Assembly: GCF_000223395.1 (NCBI RefSeq)
Contig: NC_015931.1
Coordinates: 1,230,001-1,262,000, forward strand
Origin: Pyrolobus fumarii 1A
Lineage (GTDB): Archaea > Thermoproteota > Thermoprotei_A > Sulfolobales > Pyrodictiaceae
DNA: 32,000 nt
Reading direction: 5' to 3'
The position numbers and the translations under genes were made by a program. This document shows, in pieces, positions 9,401-15,063 of the stretch. A model generated the notes under the pieces. It was not told the origin of the DNA. It was given only the letters and a program-made list of their open reading frames with translations, and did not search any database. The number at the start of each line of letters is the position of its first letter. Positions within the stretch are counted from its first letter, which is position 1.

Positions 9401-10206
9401 GCGCTAACCATACAGAGCCTTGGGTTACCGTCGAGGTTGTTGGTGTGTATACCGCCCTTAGTCAGCTTGTTGATAACGTAGCTCTCCTCGGTGCCAAGCT
9501 GACCACTTCCATAGTAGGCGAAGCTGTGTGGACCATACTTGTTCAGAGCATACTTTAGCACCGCGGTTAGGAACTTGATCGCGGTGTCCCAGTCGATCTC
9601 GACGAAGTTCTCCTTGACGTGCTCCTCTACGGTCTTGGTTGCATCTAGGTTCTTGCTTACCTGGCGCTTCTTGACCCTAGGCGCCTCGGGTATCTCCTCG
9701 GGGGTTATTGGTGGCCTGTTCTTACCTGGGATTATCCAGTCCTTGTTGACTAGAGGTTTCTTGAAGCGTAGCTCCATAGCCCTCTTGTTACCGCCGTAGC
9801 CTAGAGCCTTGTGGATGTAGAAGGCCTTGACGCAGAGGGCACCCCTGTTAACCGGGTAGTTCGGGTCGCCGATAACCGCGAGAATGTCCTTAGCCATGCC
9901 AGTAGCCGGGTCCATTACTACCTGGAGCTTCACGCCACAACCAGTACCGCAGTACCTGCAGGGACCGAGCAGAAGGGTGGATATCTTCGGCCTGGCGGTT
10001 GTCGTCGCGGTCTCTGTTGGAGTTGCACCCACGGTTGTCGTGATAGTCTTAGTCTGGGTTAGAACCTCTGTAAGTGTGGTCGTTACAGTCTCGACGATTT
10101 TCTCCTTGCGACCGGTCATATAGTAGGTCGCGGCTCCGCCCACAGCTGCTAGCGCGGCACCAAGGGCAATTGCTTTTAGAATATCACGACGCGTTTGGTC
10201 GGGCAA
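6454..10206 (-). CDS. napA: NapA-like (periplasmic-nitrate-reductase-type) Mo/W-bis-pyranopterin oxidoreductase catalytic subunit; Tat signal/anchor, Thr-rich linker, unusually long at 1250 aa
   Basis: A twin-arginine motif is present (TRRDILKAIALGAALAAV). The [4Fe-4S] motif CRYCGTGCG (9934-9960) is followed by ...CVKAF. The motif GNPRLCMVSAVGGYISSFGADEP contains a Cys (codon 9412-9414) at the NapA Mo-ligand position. Other NapA-like segments are IIGSNTAEAHPILFGRI, SLTGQPNACGG, EHWHTATMTGKVPE and FVPWFDPNKLANALTLD. All resemble NapA signatures as I remember them. The start is TTG 10206, preceded by aggaggggt. Confidence 0.85.
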   Translation of the reverse strand: MPDQTRRDILKAIALGAALAAVGGAATYYMTGRKEKIVETVTTTLTEVLTQTKTITTTVGATPTETATTTARPKISTLLLGPCRYCGTGCGVKLQVVMDPATGMAKDILAVIGDPNYPVNRGALCVKAFYIHKALGYGGNKRAMELRFKKPLVNKDWIIPGKNRPPITPEEIPEAPRVKKRQVSKNLDATKTVEEHVKENFVEIDWDTAIKFLTAVLKYALNKYGPHSFAYYGSGQLGTEESYVINKLTKGGIHTNNLDGNPRLCMVSAVGGYISSFGADEPEVSYDYIDVPEPDLGVHADTFMIIGSNTAEAHPILFGRISEVKKKNPNAKVILADPRKTRSGTIADLWLPIRWSMDVALLHTLAHIVAFELDKCKVIDVKEGKVECKGEYIDLKWLKRHADFAIPVETAKTWALKDYNTPLNNLGDLNKVWDMGTTASNAANYKVYPSIGKKYTSEEEIEKDWWRGFALYLKFLEFYKPEVMAKILFGDQKPLINKETAEKLIKAGELSPDKVKMEDTPFIEIDPVEALRLAAKWIARGRILVFWTMGINQKIQGVHAVNSIINLLALTGKIGKYGSGTWSLTGQPNACGGIRDQGGLAHVLPYGRLIAKKAAREQVEKIWRKLTEEYLKERGYSPEQIKKEIEKVYVHPVPGPHAVELFRRIGAGIIKVVWIAETNPGHSLPNVYKFRLGMVKPHDDDPAFPFVIVSDIYPTRTTDVADLILPAAAWSEKEFKYGCSERRYSVARYLITPPGEAVADHIIFAMVGKALEDEGIIAKGLVSGFFPEDVDKAAKAAGKSWVQYIVEKSRDKKWHQEFVTRIWDRDILSLAKNTYYDFSYVKRELFRKLEAGFRWPWPEQYATNPSVKARYEKYKSCGRYSYPYDPLMPDPDVIKKIYNDIKNMNSPEEIQKYIESLDENVVHPIHKHKWLGSLAKNPVLMKWVLKHIVEEIDDIEYKKASKVPESWYVVFYAKPTGRMTIWARPWLPIKMDHETGEVKINKEVIIQEMKLDANLVLKQGKISVFAAPKGPFTVVKTYKAYPASGDPEKALKILETMSWGEAVKKYKGDIQALFEIALAPAEVPGFALRYRTEDGRVITVRDATEYPLVVTTGRIVEHWHTATMTGKVPEIMKSKPEAYVEIPKELAEKLGIKKGDWVTIESPRGKLTVKAVILDPKTGLGGPRIDYVFVPWFDPNKLANALTLDNYDVQPYFFQPDFKTCAARIRKARPDEIPKSEAEQTGKPKYSLAY

Positions 10207-10265
10207 AGCTTACCCCTCCTGCTGCGCAACTATTCCTAATTCCACATGACACATAACGATGCTTC

Positions 10266-10275
10266 TATAAAAATA
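10266..10275. promoter_or_regulatory. TATA-like element in the divergent napA-like / 10361 intergenic region
   Basis: 'tataaaaata' is the only strongly AT-rich box in the 154-nt divergent spacer. It lies ~60 nt from the napA-like TTG and ~90 nt from ATG 10361. I cannot tell which strand it serves. Confidence 0.35.
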
Positions 10276-10360
10276 CATTATCTGAAAAGTTTTCGGTCCC
10301 TACATGATTAAGGCTCGTTAACGACGACTAGCTACGATCCAATGTGGGGTCTGCCCAGAG

Positions 10361-11320
10361 ATGAGCGATTTCGCCCGGATTGGAAGCGTGGCTTTGGTTA
10401 GGGGTGTCGGTATTGACGATATACTCGAGCCAGGCTATAAAATAGTACTCGCCGACGACGAGTACGTTGATATTTACGAAGAGTACTTGTTTAGAGGCTT
10501 TGATGTGATGAACGCAGACGTGAACGAAAATAAGGCTGATCTCGTAGGCATTTATAGCATTGCAAGCTTCGTTGGCGACGATCCTGCCGTCATAGTATGC
10601 GGGTCTAATAGTGTGCTCTGTGCCGGGATTGCGGCATCAATCCTCGTGTATAAGGGGTGGAGTGCACAAGAGGCTATCGAAAAAGCCGAGCATGCAACTG
10701 CAAGCCTCTATGGCGTTGGGCGTATCACACGCCAGCTCAGGGCAGCTATAGAGGCGCTGGGCGGGCTACTAAAAGCCGCGAAGAACCGGGATATCGTATC
10801 AGTGTTGCTAGGAGCAGGAGAAATGTATGGTTACGGTAAGGGGAGATTGCACTATGGCGAGTTCCTATCATGGCTTTACATCGTAGAGCAAGAGTGGACC
10901 GTGCTATTGGCGGGTGCCCTTCACTTCCTAACAGAGGGTGCCGACGAGCCACGCAAGTTGCTAGATATGAGGCTACAGGCGATAGGCAAGGAGCTAGCAT
11001 ACGCTATTGACGAGACACAATTGACGGAAGCCATAGACATTCTACGAGACTATGCTATGGAGGATGTTAAACGCCGTGAAGCGAGAATACTACGACTCGT
11101 AGAGAGCCTAGAGCCTGGCATGCCCTACGTATCATTCATAGATACAATGTCTGATAAGCTAGTGGTTGTATGCCGCTGCGGCGAGTACAACGAACCTCTT
11201 AAGGAGTGCGTAAACGCTGCCAACAAAGCATCAAAGTATCTTGACGCGACCAGGTTCAACGAGCTAAGAATAGCGCTAGATTGTACAGGAAAAGTTAAAA
11301 GCAGAATCGAACATGTCTAA
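10361..11320 (+). CDS. Hypothetical cytoplasmic protein (319 aa) transcribed divergently from the NapA-like gene
   Basis: This is a long ORF with codon usage like its neighbours. It has no signal peptide or TM segment. The segment VIVCGSNSVLCAGIAASILVYKGWSAQEAIEKAE faintly recalls a dual-specificity phosphatase P-loop region but lacks the Cx5R arginine. The C-terminal two thirds look helical, with a CRCG...C...C cluster near the end. I recognise no family. Confidence 0.6.
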   Translation: MSDFARIGSVALVRGVGIDDILEPGYKIVLADDEYVDIYEEYLFRGFDVMNADVNENKADLVGIYSIASFVGDDPAVIVCGSNSVLCAGIAASILVYKGWSAQEAIEKAEHATASLYGVGRITRQLRAAIEALGGLLKAAKNRDIVSVLLGAGEMYGYGKGRLHYGEFLSWLYIVEQEWTVLLAGALHFLTEGADEPRKLLDMRLQAIGKELAYAIDETQLTEAIDILRDYAMEDVKRREARILRLVESLEPGMPYVSFIDTMSDKLVVVCRCGEYNEPLKECVNAANKASKYLDATRFNELRIALDCTGKVKSRIEHV

Positions 11321-11486
11321 CCATTCCATCTCTTGGGCCGCTTACATACCGTAATCGGAGCCCGGCGTTTCTCTCCGAGAACCTCAAGTTGTAGGAGCTC
11401 CCTAGCAGGGTAGGCGGGACACCAAGGAGTAGAGGGGCAAGAACGTCAACTATGTTAAAAAGTTGAAATGGAGGAGGGCCTTTCTA

Positions 11487-12170
11487 TTACTTACGAGATA
11501 CTGCTAGATACCCGCCAGCACCTATCACGAACAATAGAGCAGCGATAGCAATTGCCAGTGTTACATCATGCTTTACTACCTCGCCCTTGGTGACTACCGT
11601 CGTTGTCGGCTTGGTCGTTGTCACTAGAGTGGTTGTCACGATTGTCGTGGTGGTTACCTTTGGTTCGACAGTGATCTCCTTGAAGCCGTAATAGTCGCCA
11701 ACGACGCTAGCGCTACCATCAGCCGCTAGAACAGCTATCTTGAAGGTCACTGGCACTGGTTTTTCAGGGGCTTTCCACTCGAATGTCCACTCGCGCTTAG
11801 TGGCACCCTGCGCGGTGTGAGTCAACATCCTGCCATCTGGCGTCTCGGAAACTTGAGTCGTATCATCGACAGGCTTTAGTTCGCCAGCATTCACCAGGAC
11901 TGCAAAGCCGCCACAATAGGCGCCTTCGGGGCACTTGGGCCCTTTCGTTATCTTTATCGTTATCTTGTAGACTTTACCGGGTTCGTATTTGCTGGGCAAA
12001 CCGGTGACAGTAAACTCGGCAGTTCCCGCTGGCTGGTGACACTGGTTACATTCTAGTCTTGGGGCGCCGCTGCTCATCGCGCCAACATGCACTGCAACTA
12101 GGCCGACAACTACTAGTACAGCCACCAGGGCAGTCAATAATGCGTACTTCTTCAACATCAATATGCTCAC
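11487..12170 (-). CDS. Monohaem c-type cytochrome with a beta-rich (DOMON/reeler-like?) domain, a Thr-rich stalk and a C-terminal TM anchor
   Basis: An N-terminal signal/TM segment is followed by a single CNQCH haem-c motif (12036-12050). A ~120-aa beta-strand-patterned domain follows (FTVTGLP..YKITIKIT..GGFAVLV..WTFEWKAP..FKIAVLAADG). Next is the linker KVTTTTIVTTTLVTTTKPTTTVVT (11586-11657). The protein ends with the TM LAIAIAALLFVIGAGGYLAV and the tail SRK. Confidence 0.75.
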   Translation of the reverse strand: MSILMLKKYALLTALVAVLVVVGLVAVHVGAMSSGAPRLECNQCHQPAGTAEFTVTGLPSKYEPGKVYKITIKITKGPKCPEGAYCGGFAVLVNAGELKPVDDTTQVSETPDGRMLTHTAQGATKREWTFEWKAPEKPVPVTFKIAVLAADGSASVVGDYYGFKEITVEPKVTTTTIVTTTLVTTTKPTTTVVTKGEVVKHDVTLAIAIAALLFVIGAGGYLAVSRK

Positions 12171-12468
12171 TCCTCCAATGCGAGGCTCAGTGGCATAGAT
12201 CAGACAAAATTAGTATTATGCCTCAAATCTTCGGATATTTTTTACTTTTTCCTTTGGTTTTGATAGTCATCATAATATCTGCATGATTAACGACAATTAA
12301 GCATACCATCACCTTTCTAGCCAATTGTGGTGAAGCGAGCCACTACGATAGATTTGCAATATTCTTTAGCTATACATTATTGTTGTTAACATCCGAGTCC
12401 GAAAAATTATGGTTGAAGATATAACTGGATGCGTCACGCCGCCCGCCTTATGGAATAGTGGGGTGACC

Positions 12469-14988
12469 ATGAGTATGAGCCGTGTTGTAACTCTTGTTTT
12501 CGTTGTATCGATCCTAGCACTTCTAGCGGTCAGCGCTACGGCAGCCGCAGCAACCGTACCCTTCGGTGACGAGGTAGTCAAGAAGGTAGATGAACTGCTT
12601 AAGAGCGACATTGTCAGCCCACAGACCAAGGCGTGTATCCAGTGCCACCTGTCAGTCACCCCGATGATCGTCTACGAGTGGGCTATGAGCAAACACGCTC
12701 AGATGACACCAGCTCAGGTTGCCGAGCTGTACAAGAAGCTTGGCGAGCCTCAGTGGGCTAACATGATTGCCGAGAAGTTCAAGAACTACAAGTACGTCGT
12801 CGGCTGCTACGAGTGTCACGGCATGTTCGCCGACACCGACAGACCCGATGCCGTCGAGCACATACCTGGCGTCAAGATCGTCGCAGTTGTGACTAGGAAG
12901 GACTGTGGTCAGTGCCACCCGAAGGAAAACATTGAGATCAGCTGGACCTGGCACGCCACTGCTGCATTCGCACCTATCAAGCCATGGTACACTGCCATAA
13001 TCAAGTACGCTGTGAGCGAGGGCGCGAACCCGTTTGGCGATGAGAATGCAAAGGCGCTCTACGAGAAGTACCTGCCACCATTCCTAACCAAGCAGCGCGA
13101 CAAGGAGCCAGTCTACTGGAACTTCTACAAGGAGATTGCAAAGGCCGTAATGGAGTACATGATGACCGGCAAGGAGAACGACATAGTGAAGATGCTCAAG
13201 GAGGCCACCGGCATGGTAACGCCGTACGACCTTGACTGGAAGAAGTGGATTAGCCCACTATGGCCAGCTAGCGGCGTCCTCAACAACACTATCCTCGGCA
13301 AGCTAGGCATTAAGATAACCATTGCCGCGATGGACGGCACTGTCGCAACTGTGAGCAACGTGATGTCCCACCCAACCTTCCGCAACGCCTATGTCTATCA
13401 CGCATGTCTAGAGTGCCACGGCGCTGCCGTGATACCCTATGGTTATGCTGAGGACCCAACCTACAAGGTGAAGATAGTCAAGCTATGGGGCTGGCCGAAC
13501 AACGGTGCTGGCCGTATCGACCCGGACGGTAGCATTGGCACCTGCACTGCATGCCACCCACGCCACATGTTCAGCGTGAAGCAGGCTAGGGAGCCATGGA
13601 CCTGTGGCCAGTGCCACCTAGGCTACGACCACCCACACATCGAGATTTACGAGGAGAGCAAGCATGGTAACATCTACGACGCTTATGGCGAGGAGTGGAA
13701 CTGGGAGCAGATACCGTGGAGGCCGGGCATTGACTTCAACGCGCCAACCTGCGCAACCTGCCACATGAGTGCGCTAGCCGACAAGGATGGCAACATTATC
13801 GTGCCAGGCACTCACGACCTAGTGAAGAGGCTAGTATGGGACCAGATGCACTTCTTCAGTCACCCGAAGCCAGTGATACCAGACAACTTCCAGACTGCCA
13901 CCTTCCTCAAGTTCAGCATGCTGAAGGGCAAGTACCCAGAGGATGTAATGAAGGCATATGAGCAGACCGGCAGGTATCCGGTCTTCATGGGTCTAAAGAT
14001 CGTTGACGAGTGTCAGCCGGGCCAGGTGTGCTTCCCAAGGCTACCGAAGGTCGAGCTTACCGGCGAGCTAGCCAAGCACCGTGAGGAGATGAAGAAGGTC
14101 TGTAGGTTCTGCCATGCAAGCCAGTGGGTCGACAACTACTTCAGAACCGCCGACCAGAACATAATCGAGTACGACATTGTCGCCAGGTTCGCGTTTAGCC
14201 TACTACAGCTAGCATGGGCCGAGGGCATCCACGACAAGAAGAACCTGCTAGACGAGTACATGGAGATCATGTGGTACTACATCTGGCACCACGACGGTAG
14301 GAGGTGGAGGAACGGCGCCACCATGATGGGTCCAGACTATGCACACTGGCTTGGCATCGTTGACACTGTGATGGACAAGCTCGGCAGGATGATAAACTAC
14401 CTAGCAACCGCACTCAAGGTCAAGAAGCTCGAGACCGAGCTAGCTGCCCTCAAGCAGCAGGCTGCTGGCGCGCCATACGCGCCAGAGCTGGTCGAGAAGA
14501 TTGCAAAGCTAGAGAGGATGATAGAGGAGCTGAAGAGCAAGCTAGCAGCCCTAGAGGCGCAGGTGCCGACCCTAAAGGCTAAGCTAACCGAGCTATCCAG
14601 CGACGTGTCTGCACTTGAGAGCGACTACACGAGCTTCAAAGGCGATGTGAGCGAGATCGTGAAGAGAGTTGAGGAGCTTAGCAAGCAGCTAGAGACCATT
14701 GCACCCGAGGCTAAGAAGATAACCGAGCTTGTCAGTCAGGTCAAGGACATTGTCGCCAAGCTAGAGACTCTCAACAAGAAGGTTGAGGAGGTGAGCGGCA
14801 AGGTCGAGAAGATGGGCGAGGAGGTGGGCACCGTCAAGTCCAAGGTTGAGAAGGTCAGCGAGGAGGTAAGCAGCGTCACCGAGCAGCTAGGTGCCGTGAG
14901 CGCCAACAGCTACACGCTAGCCGGCATCGCACTAGCAGTAGCTGCTATCGCACTAGGCCTAGCGGTTATACGAGGCAGAGGAGCCTAA
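12469..14988 (+). CDS. Octahaem c-type cytochrome of the hydroxylamine oxidoreductase (HAO) family, fused to a long coiled-coil stalk and a C-terminal TM anchor (paralog 1)
   Basis: Eight CxxCH motifs are present: CIQCH, CYECH, CGQCH, CLECH, CTACH, CGQCH, CATCH, CRFCH. There is an HAO-family block, WGWPNNGAGRIDPDGSIGTCTACHPRHMFSVKQAREPWTCGQCHLGYDHPHIEIYEESKHGN. The signal peptide is MSMSRVVTLVFVVSILALLAVSATAAAA. I prefer ATG 12469 as the start because ggggtga precedes it; the track start is 12409. A coiled coil spans ~14410-14904 and a TM helix spans 14911-14970. Confidence 0.85.
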   Translation: MSMSRVVTLVFVVSILALLAVSATAAAATVPFGDEVVKKVDELLKSDIVSPQTKACIQCHLSVTPMIVYEWAMSKHAQMTPAQVAELYKKLGEPQWANMIAEKFKNYKYVVGCYECHGMFADTDRPDAVEHIPGVKIVAVVTRKDCGQCHPKENIEISWTWHATAAFAPIKPWYTAIIKYAVSEGANPFGDENAKALYEKYLPPFLTKQRDKEPVYWNFYKEIAKAVMEYMMTGKENDIVKMLKEATGMVTPYDLDWKKWISPLWPASGVLNNTILGKLGIKITIAAMDGTVATVSNVMSHPTFRNAYVYHACLECHGAAVIPYGYAEDPTYKVKIVKLWGWPNNGAGRIDPDGSIGTCTACHPRHMFSVKQAREPWTCGQCHLGYDHPHIEIYEESKHGNIYDAYGEEWNWEQIPWRPGIDFNAPTCATCHMSALADKDGNIIVPGTHDLVKRLVWDQMHFFSHPKPVIPDNFQTATFLKFSMLKGKYPEDVMKAYEQTGRYPVFMGLKIVDECQPGQVCFPRLPKVELTGELAKHREEMKKVCRFCHASQWVDNYFRTADQNIIEYDIVARFAFSLLQLAWAEGIHDKKNLLDEYMEIMWYYIWHHDGRRWRNGATMMGPDYAHWLGIVDTVMDKLGRMINYLATALKVKKLETELAALKQQAAGAPYAPELVEKIAKLERMIEELKSKLAALEAQVPTLKAKLTELSSDVSALESDYTSFKGDVSEIVKRVEELSKQLETIAPEAKKITELVSQVKDIVAKLETLNKKVEEVSGKVEKMGEEVGTVKSKVEKVSEEVSSVTEQLGAVSANSYTLAGIALAVAAIALGLAVIRGRGA
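14779..14904 (+). repeat. Six consecutive 21-nt (heptad) imperfect repeats inside the stalk-coding region
   Basis: The repeats translate as KVEEVSG/KVEKMGE/EVGTVKS/KVEKVSE/EVSSVTE/QLGAVSA. Hydrophobic residues (V/L) sit at fixed heptad positions. The DNA shows the matching 21-nt periodicity (aaggttgaggaggtgagcggc / aaggtcgagaagatgggcgag ...). Confidence 0.6.
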
Positions 14989-15063
14989 ACTCACACGTAC
15001 CACCCGGTTTAAGCCCCACCCTCTTTTTCCCTACACGATCCTCCTTGGGGGGCTGCACCTGGG

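Noticed and set aside
6827-10123. A series of plus-strand ORFs of 80-155 aa inside the NapA-like gene (6827..7294, 7322..7564, 7706..8157, 8465..8773, 8957..9346, 9265..9558, 9539..9799, 9811..10123).
   Set aside because: All are antisense shadows of a 1250-aa ORF that carries family motifs along its whole length. Their translations are low-complexity (Ser/Leu/Thr/Ala-rich) with no recognisable motifs. The same reasoning applies to antisense ORFs within other long genes, such as 173..592, 1247..1615, 12652..12954, 16026..16481, 20704..21158 and 30057..30560.
12409-12468. The upstream ATG 12409 as the start of HAO paralog 1, and likewise 5321/5282 as starts of the napH-like gene.
   Set aside because: The extra residues precede a canonical signal peptide (HAO-1) or overlap the napG stop (napH). 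The downstream ATGs at 12469 and 5258 are preceded by GGTGA-type ribosome-binding sequences. This remains a judgement call.
14410-14904. The 21-nt periodic DNA in the HAO-1 3' region interpreted as a tandem repeat, minisatellite or CRISPR-like array.
   Set aside because: The periodicity is imperfect, in frame, and fully explained by heptad-repeat coding. There is no repeat-spacer architecture. I saw no CRISPR array anywhere in the window.
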